Positions 26,642-35,689 are shown, counted from the stretch's first letter. The stretch is 42,751 nucleotides of DNA from a bacterium (GCA_963615405.1 CAVEHG010000001.1:1-42751), one strand, 5' to 3'. Notes: generated by a model from the sequence alone, not told the origin. Program-made: numbers and translations.

Positions 26642-28786
26642 TCATCTCGCAGGCAGAATGACCATCTCGCAGTTCCGGCAGTCGAATTCGAGGCGGAGGA
26701 GACGGCCGTTGTTGCGGAGAAAGAGACCTCCGCTGAGGTCGCGGGCGGCGGCGAAGGCTTTGTAGGCCGGTGTCTTGCGGCAAATTCCGAGTTCGTGGAG
26801 GAGACAGTATTTGCTGCGCATAAGTTCCGGTTCGCCGCCTTCCTGGAGTTTGCAGTTATCCCCATGTGTGTGACGGTCTCCGTTCTCCTTTTGAGCTGTT
26901 TTCTCCTTTTGATCTATTTGCGGGTTTTCGCTGCAGTCCCGGAGTGACAGCCCCCTGTTTGCGCACTCTATGGACGGTTCCACGGTCTCCGCTCCGAGGC
27001 GGCGGTAGAAACCGGCGGCAAGAGCGTTTGCGACGTCTTTCTTGTAGCTGATGTGCCCGTGGAATTTCAGGGGTTCAGGCAGGCAGTTCCTGATTGACGC
27101 GCGGTTCATCGGACGGGATTTGCAGGGGAGTGAGTCCAACTTTTCTGCGACAGCGCGGCGGATGCCGTTGAGCTGTGCCGCTGACATCATCGGGATGTCC
27201 TCCCCGCAGGCGATCCCGCTCACGGAAAATCTGTATATGCCCGCATCCTTGCCGAGCTGCCCGGAAATCATCCCGAACATACGCTCCCTGTTTCTCGCCG
27301 GTTCAGCCTCGATTTCTTCGGAGTAAAGAATCTCGCGTCCGTCTTCACTTGTGGCCAGCACCTTCAGAGTGAAGTGCCCGCAGGCTGCCCGGAAGGTCCC
27401 GTGGTCAGCTCCGCTGCAAGTCCCGCAGTCAGCCCCAGTCCCTGCCCCGCTGATCTCCACTGAAAGCCCGACGGCAATTCTGCGCACCGCCCCCCTTTCG
27501 AGCTCCTTTTCAAAGGAGGTGTCAAGGTTGCGGTGGAGTTTCGTCCCCGGAACGAGCCCGTCGGCCGCTCTGCAGAAAATGGTGTTCCCTTCGCAGACAT
27601 CCGCTCTGAATCCGGCTTCCCTGCCGTCGGGGCCTATGAACGAGAATCCGTCGCCGTTGTGGAACTGCAGATAACCGGAGGCGTCCCTTCCAGCGGTTTG
27701 TATGTTTGAATCCGGATTGCTGCCAGCTTGCCGCGCAGGCTTCACGCTTATTCTAACCCCGCCCTTTGTGCGGACCGCTGCGGAAACCGTTCCGACCTCC
27801 TCCCCGAGAGCCTTCCCCGCATCGAGGCAGGCCCAGCGTCCGCGTCTGCCGTCGAAGAAGAGTTGCGTAAATCCACGGTTGAAGCTCTTGGAAGGGGCCG
27901 GAGTGAATCCCCGTTCGACGTGTCCGAACGATGCACGGCGGTACTTGTCCGGATGGCCGGCCACGATGCGGTCAAGAGCCTGTGAATACGCCGCAACGAT
28001 GTTTCTTACATAGGAGATGTTTTTGAGCCTTCCCTCAATCTTGAAGGAGCCCACTCCGCCTCCGGCCATTTCCGGCAGCCTGTCGAGAAGGTTCAAATCC
28101 CGCAGAGACAGCAGAGTCCTGTCCGTGGCAAGCGTCTTTCCCTGTGTGTTTGCGACCGGCTTCCCCAGTGCATCCACGAGGTCATATCTCGACCTGCACG
28201 CCTGCACACATTCGCCCCTGTTCGCGCTCCTCCCGCTCAGCATTTCTGAAAGATAGCACTCTCCGCTGTAGCACACGCACAGCGCTCCGTGCACGAACGC
28301 CTCCACCTCGCAGTTTACGGCAGAGCATATTTCCCGGACAGTAGCCATCGGCAGTTCCCTCTCAAGCACAATCCTCGAAAATCCCAGAGCGTCCATTCTC
28401 CGGGCATCCTCCACTGTCCTGATTGAACACTGGGTCGAGGCGTGCAGCGGAATGGACAGTCTCTCCGGGTGCTCCGCCTCGAAGGCCGGAAGCGCGAAAT
28501 CCTGCACAATCAGAGCGTCCGCCCCGGCCTCCTGCATCTGCACGGCCAGCGCGAGCGCATCCTCAAGTTCGCTGTCAAAAATTATTGTATTGAGGGTCAC
28601 GAACACCCTTGCCCCGTACCGGTGGGCATAGCTGCAGAGTCTGCGGATGTCCTCCACGCTGTTTCCGGCCGCCTGCCTTGCCCCGAAAGCCGGCCCGGCA
28701 AGATAAACGGCATCGGCACCGCAGTCAATGGCCGCGATGCCGATTTCAACGTTTCTTGCAGGGGCAAGCAGTTCGAGTTCCCTCAT
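26642..28786 (-). CDS. U32 'peptidase' family Fe-S protein (RlhA/YdcP-like, long form)
   Basis: ELLAPA, GADAVY, LHASTQ, EAFVHGALCVCYSGEC..SANRGECVQAC and SFKIEGRLK. Confidence 0.88.
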   Translation of the reverse strand: MRELELLAPARNVEIGIAAIDCGADAVYLAGPAFGARQAAGNSVEDIRRLCSYAHRYGARVFVTLNTIIFDSELEDALALAVQMQEAGADALIVQDFALPAFEAEHPERLSIPLHASTQCSIRTVEDARRMDALGFSRIVLERELPMATVREICSAVNCEVEAFVHGALCVCYSGECYLSEMLSGRSANRGECVQACRSRYDLVDALGKPVANTQGKTLATDRTLLSLRDLNLLDRLPEMAGGGVGSFKIEGRLKNISYVRNIVAAYSQALDRIVAGHPDKYRRASFGHVERGFTPAPSKSFNRGFTQLFFDGRRGRWACLDAGKALGEEVGTVSAAVRTKGGVRISVKPARQAGSNPDSNIQTAGRDASGYLQFHNGDGFSFIGPDGREAGFRADVCEGNTIFCRAADGLVPGTKLHRNLDTSFEKELERGAVRRIAVGLSVEISGAGTGADCGTCSGADHGTFRAACGHFTLKVLATSEDGREILYSEEIEAEPARNRERMFGMISGQLGKDAGIYRFSVSGIACGEDIPMMSAAQLNGIRRAVAEKLDSLPCKSRPMNRASIRNCLPEPLKFHGHISYKKDVANALAAGFYRRLGAETVEPSIECANRGLSLRDCSENPQIDQKEKTAQKENGDRHTHGDNCKLQEGGEPELMRSKYCLLHELGICRKTPAYKAFAAARDLSGGLFLRNNGRLLRLEFDCRNCEMVILPAR

Positions 28787-28809
28787 TTTGCCGTCAGAGC
28801 GAGAGCCCC

Positions 28810-29745
28810 CTACTTCTGAAGTGCGGCAATCTGTGCCTTCGCAACTTCAGTGTATTTCGGATTTGTCAGAATCTGCTGGTAGTATTCGATGGCCTTGTCC
28901 TTGTTTCCAGCCTTCTGATAGGAAACAGCCAGAGTGCACTTGATGTCGTCAGCTTTCTTGTCGTTAGGGGCAATGGTGAGGAAGTTCTCGAATGCCTCGG
29001 TTGCCTTGTCGTCCTGTCCGAGTTTCTGTGCGGCCATTCCGGCGATGTAGCAGGCGTTGCCGCTTTGCAGAACCCCATTGGCCTTGAGCGCGGAATCATA
29101 GGCGGAAGCATAGTTCTTTGCCTTGAGAGCCGCCTGCGCTGACTTGAGGTACAGGGTGGAGAGCTGCTTGTCAGCCGCCTTCTCCTGACCGTTTGCCGCC
29201 GCTGCAGTGTAGGCTTCCACCGCTTTCTCCAGATTTCCGGCCTGTGCATAAGCCAGTCCGAGGCGAAGCTGTGCAGTGCCGTTGGTCGGATCAGCCGTCA
29301 CGATGTCATTGTAGGCGGCAATGGCTCCTTCAAAATTCTTCGCATTGAGAAGATTGTTCGCCTTGTTCATAAGAACCTGCGGTTTGAGCGCTTCAGCGTC
29401 TTCAACCACCTCGGTCACTCCATATTCCTTTGCCTGTGCGATGGCCTCGTCGATCTCTGCGAGTCCCTTGTCGAAATCACCGCCCTTGATTGTCTCCTTT
29501 GCGGTGCTGAACATAATTTTAGGGATATATTCCTTGCAGTTGTTCACGATTTCCGCCCCTTCCTCTCCGCAGGCCTCAGCCATTGTGAGCGCTGCCTTGA
29601 AATTTTCGATGGCCTCGGCGTTGTTTCCTGCCTGAAGCGCCATGGCTCCGTTGTTGTAAGTCTCAGTGGCCTGCGCCATATCCTGCGCAGAAACGGCAAC
29701 CGCAGATGCGAGGGCTGTCGCGATGATAAGCAAAACTTTCTTCAT
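28810..29745 (-). CDS. Secreted tetratricopeptide-repeat protein
   Basis: Signal peptide MKKVLLIIATALASAVAVSA and repeated TPR-like helices (LGLAYAQAGNLEKAVEAY). Confidence 0.85.
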   Translation of the reverse strand: MKKVLLIIATALASAVAVSAQDMAQATETYNNGAMALQAGNNAEAIENFKAALTMAEACGEEGAEIVNNCKEYIPKIMFSTAKETIKGGDFDKGLAEIDEAIAQAKEYGVTEVVEDAEALKPQVLMNKANNLLNAKNFEGAIAAYNDIVTADPTNGTAQLRLGLAYAQAGNLEKAVEAYTAAAANGQEKAADKQLSTLYLKSAQAALKAKNYASAYDSALKANGVLQSGNACYIAGMAAQKLGQDDKATEAFENFLTIAPNDKKADDIKCTLAVSYQKAGNKDKAIEYYQQILTNPKYTEVAKAQIAALQK

Positions 29746-29853
29746 AACAATATGATTTTATCCGTTTTCAGTACGCGCCGCCTTCCCCGAACCTTTTTGC
29801 CAAATCGCCTCGATTCCGTGTCTGCAGACAGCCTGCACAGGCGGCACGAACCG

Positions 29854-29913
29854 CAAATTTAACATATATTTCTCACATAACCAATCCTCCAGTCAGAATT
29901 TGCACTAACTTTG
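29854..29913. promoter_or_regulatory. Divergent -7 elements: TAAATTTG (minus, 29854-29861) and TAACTTTG (plus, 29906-29913)
   Basis: Two TAnnTTTG matches, facing the TPR and M16-like genes. Confidence 0.6.
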
Positions 29914-29948
29914 CAGGGAAACGAGGAATACAGGTTATACAGGATAAA

Positions 29949-32669
29949 ATGAAAAATATATACGGAATCATATTGGCTGCAGCGGTGTTTTTCGCTGCCG
30001 GTTTGTCTGATGCGGAGGCTCAGGGCACAGGAAAATTGCCGTCAGATCCGAAGATTTCGGAGGGAACCTTTCCGAACGGGATGAGCTGGTATGTCGCAGA
30101 GAATCCTGCGGAAAAGGGTTTCGCTGATTTTGCACTCGTGTGCCGCCACCCTGCGGATTCCCGGGACTATGTCGGAGCATCGCGCCGAATACTCTCCGCC
30201 CGGGGGAGGCTCCGTAACAGGAATCTTCAGAAATTCCTATCTTCCAATGCCGTGGCACCGACGGAGAAAGGCTATGCCGAGTACTCGGACGATGCGGTGA
30301 CGTTCCGTTTCGAGAATGTTATGCTCCAGCGCAGTCCGTCCCTTGCGGATTCCCTGCTTCTTGCCGTTTTCGGAGTTGCCGGCGAACTCTCCTCCGGTGT
30401 CGTGACTGAGACGGACAGCCTCCATTTCCCGCTTGAGGATATGGCTGTGATAGTTTCCGGCGATGTGAACAAGGGGGAACTTGTCACGAAGATGGGAATA
30501 TTTTCACTGATGGTACCTGATAAGGCCTCCGATCCGGCCGCTTTTGCCATCCCCAAAGACCCTGCCCCCAAGGACCCCGCTGCTTCGGCCGTGACCGCCG
30601 TCCCCGTGACTCCGGAGGATGTGAACGGCATCGGGAAACCCGCCAGAAAGGTTGAGGTCACCGTCGACACTCTCGGAAATGTGTGCCGCATTTCCGCATC
30701 CTTCCGCTTTCCGGGAGTTCCCGGGGAATTCAGACGGACTCCGCGGTTTGCCGTGGTCGGCAAAATGTCGGAAACATTCCGCTTTATTGCCGAAAACAGG
30801 CTTCGGGATGCACTGAATGCCCTGGAGATTCCGTTTGCGGAGATCCGTTCGGAGCATATCTCGCTGGCGGAAGTTTCCGGATCAGATGCTTCCGGATCAG
30901 ATGCTTCCGGATCAGATGCATTCGGGAGCGGCGCTTCCGGATACGACTCCATAGACCTGTCTTTCTGTGTACCTGTCGGGGATTCCGATGCCGCGGTGCG
31001 TTGTTTCGGCGGGGTTCTCGGTGCGCTTGACAGGGGAGAGATAAGTGTCGGCGACATAATCATTTCCTCGGCTTTGTATGACGAAAAGTGCTATGTTTCA
31101 ACATCCTGTGCGGTAAAAAATTCCGAATATCAGAGAATATGTTCAGCGGCGTTTCTCAACGGCGCCCCCCTTGTTACAGAGGCCCGGCTCTGTGGATTCT
31201 GCCAGTCGAAAGCGCTTCCGGACACATTGCAGCTTCGGCTGATGAAGGGATTTGCAGAGGCTCTGCTTGCTCCGGACGACAGCTGCGAGGCTTTCCTTGC
31301 CGGATGGAACGGTGATTCGGCCATCCATGGACAGAAACCTGACGGACAGAAACTCTCTTTTCAGGACACGCTTCTGCTTCCGGCCCCGTCACTAAAAAAA
31401 TCCAGGGTCAGAACAGGAAAGGAACTGATGTCCGGCGGCGAGATCTGGACCTTCCAGAACGGTCTCAAAGTCTATTACAAACGCGTCCCGGGGGCGAAGA
31501 ACCTTTGCTGGGCGCTGAATGTTGACAAGGGCTATGCTTCCGCGGAAGAGCTCGTTCCGGGCGAGGCCGCATTTCTTTCTGACCTGTTGAAGTGCCGTAC
31601 CGTTCAGGGGATCGGCAACAGCGGAATGAGGAATATAATGACGGCTTCCGGCATCACCGCCGATGCAGAAGTCTCGCTCCACTCCACGACTCTGAAAGGG
31701 ACTGCGGCTCCGCGAAGCCTCGACCTGCTTCTCAAAGGGCTTGTGGGAATGTTCCGGGGGAGTGTCACCGATTCTGCTGCCGTGGCCGGCCTGATGCGCA
31801 CAGCTGCAGTGCAGCGCGAACTTGCCGTCGGCGGACGCGGTGCGCGGCTTGCCGGAATCGACAGCCTCATCTGTGCGGACAATCCCTGGTCCGGAGTGAA
31901 GATGTACAATAACTTCACCCGGGAGACAGCCATCAAGGCGGAACACCTGTTCAACGATGTGTTTTCTGACCTCGGAAACGGCTTCCTTGTGCTTTCCGGG
32001 GATATGGAGGCGTCTTCGCTCAAGAAGAAGCTTGCCTGGTATGCGGGGGAGTTTCCTGTGACGGAAAGGCAGGAAAACCGTTCCCGCGTGCGTTTCAGCC
32101 CCGTGTCCGGACAATCGACCAATTTTCGCCGCGGCCCCGAAGAAAGCATTGACGTGTTGCTCTCCGCCGCGCTTCCGATGAATGCCGCCAACCTCTGCGC
32201 ATCACGTCTTGCCGTCTATATCCTTGAGGACAGCCTGCACGGAGCTCTTGTCGGAACAGGATTCCATGTGAAAATGTCTCCTTCGTTCATTATGTATCCG
32301 CAGGAGCGTTTCAGCGTGCTGGTCTCACTTGACAGGATTCCAGAGGACGGATTTGCCTGCGGGAGTCTGGAAGACAATGAAATACTCTCAGTTCTCGCCC
32401 GTCTCCGTTCGGCCCTTTCCGCTGTCCCTTCCCTTGAGTTGTCTCCGGCGGTTCTGAACGCCTGCAAGGCGCGGCTGAACAGTGAGCACGATGCCGAATC
32501 GGCCACTGCGGAGTACTGGAGGGATGCGCTTGTCACCCGCTATGCTGACGGCCGTGACTTCAGCACGAAGATAAACGGGAGAATGAATGCCGTGACCGCG
32601 GCTCAGGTGGATGAGGTACTCGAGAAACTCATTTCCGGCAGCCGGGTGGAATATGTGGTGATGAAGTAA
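29949..32669 (+). CDS. M16 (insulinase/PqqL-like) family protein lacking the HxxEH motif
   Basis: Signal peptide, LPSDPKISEGTFPNGMSWYV and a second-half WTFQNGLKVYYK, typical of four-domain M16 proteins. Also VIVSGDV, LVLSGDM and a C-terminal NAVTAAQV. Confidence 0.7.
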   Translation: MKNIYGIILAAAVFFAAGLSDAEAQGTGKLPSDPKISEGTFPNGMSWYVAENPAEKGFADFALVCRHPADSRDYVGASRRILSARGRLRNRNLQKFLSSNAVAPTEKGYAEYSDDAVTFRFENVMLQRSPSLADSLLLAVFGVAGELSSGVVTETDSLHFPLEDMAVIVSGDVNKGELVTKMGIFSLMVPDKASDPAAFAIPKDPAPKDPAASAVTAVPVTPEDVNGIGKPARKVEVTVDTLGNVCRISASFRFPGVPGEFRRTPRFAVVGKMSETFRFIAENRLRDALNALEIPFAEIRSEHISLAEVSGSDASGSDASGSDAFGSGASGYDSIDLSFCVPVGDSDAAVRCFGGVLGALDRGEISVGDIIISSALYDEKCYVSTSCAVKNSEYQRICSAAFLNGAPLVTEARLCGFCQSKALPDTLQLRLMKGFAEALLAPDDSCEAFLAGWNGDSAIHGQKPDGQKLSFQDTLLLPAPSLKKSRVRTGKELMSGGEIWTFQNGLKVYYKRVPGAKNLCWALNVDKGYASAEELVPGEAAFLSDLLKCRTVQGIGNSGMRNIMTASGITADAEVSLHSTTLKGTAAPRSLDLLLKGLVGMFRGSVTDSAAVAGLMRTAAVQRELAVGGRGARLAGIDSLICADNPWSGVKMYNNFTRETAIKAEHLFNDVFSDLGNGFLVLSGDMEASSLKKKLAWYAGEFPVTERQENRSRVRFSPVSGQSTNFRRGPEESIDVLLSAALPMNAANLCASRLAVYILEDSLHGALVGTGFHVKMSPSFIMYPQERFSVLVSLDRIPEDGFACGSLEDNEILSVLARLRSALSAVPSLELSPAVLNACKARLNSEHDAESATAEYWRDALVTRYADGRDFSTKINGRMNAVTAAQVDEVLEKLISGSRVEYVVMK
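30875..30949. repeat. 15-bp coding tandem repeat (SGSDA) x3 exact plus 2 degenerate
   Basis: ttccggatcagatgc at 30875, 30890 and 30905. Confidence 0.9.
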
Positions 32670-32673
32670 ATAA

Positions 32674-32943
32674 CCCAATACGGGTAACCCACGAACACCC
32701 AACGCATTAGGGTACATGCGATAGTTAAATTGGATAACTCAAGTTTCGCAAATGCGAAACTTGACAAGGGCTTCTGCCCGCCGGCCGTGAGGCCGAAAAA
32801 ATCCCCCTGACAGGGGGTGCAGGGGGTTCAGAAGAAAAAAAGTGCGTGGGATTTAACCCACCCCAATACGGGTAACCCACGAACACCCAACGCATTAGGG
32901 TACATGCGAAACTTAAATGTATAGCGAAATTTAAATTGGATAA
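32674..32943. mobile_element. MITE-like element (family B, ~32735-32921) with an upstream 48-bp partial duplicate
   Basis: Imperfect TIR taactcaagtttcgca / tgcgaaacttaaatgta, and internal hairpins (aagtttcgcaaatgcgaaactt; ccccctgacaggggg). 48-bp exact repeat 32674-32721 = 32862-32909. ttaaattggataa occurs at 32725 and 32931. Confidence 0.65.
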
Positions 32944-32947
32944 GGTG

Positions 32948-33541
32948 ATGAGCAAGGAATACGACTCGATAATTCAGATAGACGACAAACTCGTGTCGGG
33001 CGAGATTCTGTTGGAATACTTTGCCTGCGACTACGCCAAATGCAAGGGAATCTGCTGTGTGATAGGCGACAGCGGCGCTCCGCTGCTTGAATGTGAGCTT
33101 CCGGCTCTCGAAAAGAACTACGGTCAGTTCTGCCGGGCTATGTCCGAAGAGGGACGCCGGGCTGTGGACGAAAAAGGCTTCTTCGAAATCGACATCGACG
33201 GCGACCTCGTCACTCCGCTTGTTCCAGGCTCAGAGGAATGTGCCTACTGCCGCCGCGATTCCGAAGGCAACTGCCTGTGCGCCATCGAGGAACAGTGGAA
33301 CAAAGGGAACGGCGACTTCTGCAAGCCCATTTCCTGCCGGCTCTACCCGATCCGCCTCTCGACCCTGTCCAATGGAATGACCGCACTGAACCTTCACCGC
33401 TGGGACATCTGCCGCGATGCCTTCACCAACGGCCGGCGCAAAAAAATCCGTGTCTATCAGTTCCTTAAGGCTCCGCTCATCCACTTTTTCGGCGAGGATT
33501 TCTACGCCGCCCTTGACGCTGCCGCCCGCAATCTGCTGTGA
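32948..33541 (+). CDS. DUF3109-like Cys-rich protein
   Basis: FACDYAKCKGICCVIGDSGAPL, CLCAIE and KPISCRLYPIR, typical of this Bacteroidetes family. Confidence 0.8.
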   Translation: MSKEYDSIIQIDDKLVSGEILLEYFACDYAKCKGICCVIGDSGAPLLECELPALEKNYGQFCRAMSEEGRRAVDEKGFFEIDIDGDLVTPLVPGSEECAYCRRDSEGNCLCAIEEQWNKGNGDFCKPISCRLYPIRLSTLSNGMTALNLHRWDICRDAFTNGRRKKIRVYQFLKAPLIHFFGEDFYAALDAAARNLL

Positions 33542-33587
33542 GACAATCCTGCAGCATGGTCCCGTGAAATACGCCGAAAAATTTTAC

Positions 33588-33595
33588 TATCTTTG
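33588..33595 (+). promoter_or_regulatory. -7 element TATCTTTG
   Basis: TAnnTTTG match 26 nt before the lipoprotein ATG. Confidence 0.7.
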
Positions 33596-33621
33596 ACGTC
33601 AGCAACTAATACATAATCAAT

Positions 33622-35223
33622 ATGAAACGAATCATTAAGGCTGTCCTTCCGCTAACTTTGTCTTTCGCCATCCTGGGCGGGTGCAACAAACTGAGCTCAG
33701 AACTGGAGGATCTGAGAAACTCTCTCGAAACTGTCGACAGCAAGATCAACTCCCTTTCGGAGCGTCTTGATGCAATTGAGAACACTCAGTTGAAGAACCT
33801 TGAAACTCTGATTGCGTCCATCAAGACGGATATTGCCCTTCTGCAGTCCTCTGACAATGTCCAGACTGAAGCCATTGAGGCTCTGGAGTCGAAAATGTCG
33901 GAAATTTCCGAAGAACTGGCGAAGGTGAAAACTACGGTGTCTGCTCTGGAGGATAAGGACGGGGAGTTCTCCGATAAGATAGAAAGCATCAACACCAGGC
34001 TTGCGGGTCTCTCTTCCGAGATTGCTTCGCTTGAGTCTATCGTCGGGGATCTTAAGGAAAAGATGGAGGGCGAGGTGAGCGTGGAGCTTTCATATATTCC
34101 GAAATACACTGATCATAAGGAATACGTCCTGTACAAAAGAAGTGAGCTGTATATTTCCAACGGCACAACCTTGATGTTCGACATCCAGCCCCGAAGCGCG
34201 GCGGACTCCATCGTAAAGAATTGGCAGTCAACTCTTACGGCAAGGGCGATGTATTCCCACACCAAACCTGTCGACAATGCCTTTGTCTGTCTGGACATCA
34301 TCGGAGCATCAGCCGAAGACGGTGTGCTTTCGGTTACCGTTTCTGCCGATAAATTGGGAAATGATTTCATTGTCGGTGGTGGCGCGTCAGTGGCAATAAA
34401 GGTCAATTCCGGCCGATTCATCGGACTTTCGGACTATGTGGAACTGGCACCGGAATTTGAGAGCACTGAAGAAAAAGAGCGTATCATTTACTTGCTCAAG
34501 ACTTTCGATGTTGACGGCGACGGCCAGCCGGATGATATGGATAAGGTTACTGAGCTGAATGTTTCCGGTTTCGGCCTGTCATCATCTATCGACAATGTTC
34601 TCGCGGCGATGACGGCGCTGAAGACATTGAACTGTTCAAATAACGATCTGACTTCCATTGACTTGTCTCACAATACAGCACTGGAGTCGCTTGATGTGTC
34701 GAACAACGGCTCCCTCGCTGCGCTCGATGTGTCGAAAACTGTGAAATTGACAGTTTCAAAAGGGCAGAAACCGTCTATTTACAAGATAGGACAGTATGTT
34801 TCGATAGATGGCAACACGGGCATTGTATATCAGACATCTTCCCCGGCAATTGTCTCAACTGATGAATCCTCAAAACCTTGGGATTATTACGGGACTTCGA
34901 CGGGAGCGACAAGCAGCGATGACGGAGTCGCCAATACGGACAAGATAGCTTCCGGCTCATCCGCCGCCAAATGGTGCAGGAATAAGGGCTCAGAATGGTA
35001 TCTGCCGGCCCTGAATGAACTGAAGGTGATATATAACAACAAGTCAACGCTCAACGCCACGCTCTCCTCAATCGGCGGAACTCAGTTCGGAACAGGTAAT
35101 TACCAGTCGTCTACCGAGCACACCGTTGAAGTCGCCTATAGCATCAATTTCAGTTCTGGAACTGAAAACCCTAACTTCACAAAGAGGAATTCCTTCAATG
35201 TTCGTGCGGTTCGGGCTTTATAA
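33622..35223 (+). CDS. Surface lipoprotein: coiled coil + short LRR + C-terminal DUF1566/Lcl (C-type-lectin-like) domain
   Basis: Lipobox ILGGC, heptad region, LRR LKTLNCSNNDLTSIDLSHNTALESLDVSNN, and WYLPALNEL..YQSSTE..VRAVRAL. Confidence 0.8.
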   Translation: MKRIIKAVLPLTLSFAILGGCNKLSSELEDLRNSLETVDSKINSLSERLDAIENTQLKNLETLIASIKTDIALLQSSDNVQTEAIEALESKMSEISEELAKVKTTVSALEDKDGEFSDKIESINTRLAGLSSEIASLESIVGDLKEKMEGEVSVELSYIPKYTDHKEYVLYKRSELYISNGTTLMFDIQPRSAADSIVKNWQSTLTARAMYSHTKPVDNAFVCLDIIGASAEDGVLSVTVSADKLGNDFIVGGGASVAIKVNSGRFIGLSDYVELAPEFESTEEKERIIYLLKTFDVDGDGQPDDMDKVTELNVSGFGLSSSIDNVLAAMTALKTLNCSNNDLTSIDLSHNTALESLDVSNNGSLAALDVSKTVKLTVSKGQKPSIYKIGQYVSIDGNTGIVYQTSSPAIVSTDESSKPWDYYGTSTGATSSDDGVANTDKIASGSSAAKWCRNKGSEWYLPALNELKVIYNNKSTLNATLSSIGGTQFGTGNYQSSTEHTVEVAYSINFSSGTENPNFTKRNSFNVRAVRAL

Positions 35224-35689
35224 ACCCTTCCATTGAGGACACGATGCGTGCGATATCCTTCGACGGGCCCTCAATCTCCACCCCGCCGAAAGTCGGCGTG
35301 ACCGTGAGCCGGTCTTCCCAGAGACGGGCGATTCTGAGACCTGTCTTGCGGGCGCGGAAGCACAGATGTTCCGGCGTTTCGCTCTCAAGGCGGTAGTCCC
35401 CGCGCCATTCGAAATATTCCTTCACCCTGGCGGAAACCTCATTCCATTCGCCGGGGATGCCGACCTGCCGCTTCTGGTAGCCGAACTTCGGATAGACGGC
35501 GGAAAAGACCAGGAAAACTCCGGCAATTTCGAGTACGGAGATCCATCCGCGGATGAAAAGCCCTTCGACGCCGTTGTCTGTGGGCACGAACTTTGTGAAT
35601 ACGAGCGCGCTGATTACCAGCACAAACAGAACCGCGAACCAGCAGAAATACTTGACTGCGCGGACGATATATCTTACGGTAGGTTTCAT
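35195..35689 (-). CDS. Hypothetical membrane protein (two N-terminal TM segments)
   Basis: MKPTVRYIVRAVKYFCWFAVLFVLVISALVF. Its 3' end overlaps the convergent lipoprotein gene by 29 nt. Confidence 0.7.
   Translation of the reverse strand: MKPTVRYIVRAVKYFCWFAVLFVLVISALVFTKFVPTDNGVEGLFIRGWISVLEIAGVFLVFSAVYPKFGYQKRQVGIPGEWNEVSARVKEYFEWRGDYRLESETPEHLCFRARKTGLRIARLWEDRLTVTPTFGGVEIEGPSKDIARIVSSMEGFIKPEPHEH

Noticed and set aside
29788..29803. Second sigma54-like site (minus, ttggcaaaaaggttcg)
   Set aside because: It lacks the -12 GC dinucleotide, and a standard TAAATTTG element already serves the TPR gene.
32725..32955. 76-aa minus ORF
   Set aside because: It lies entirely within the family-B repeat element and shows no coding features.
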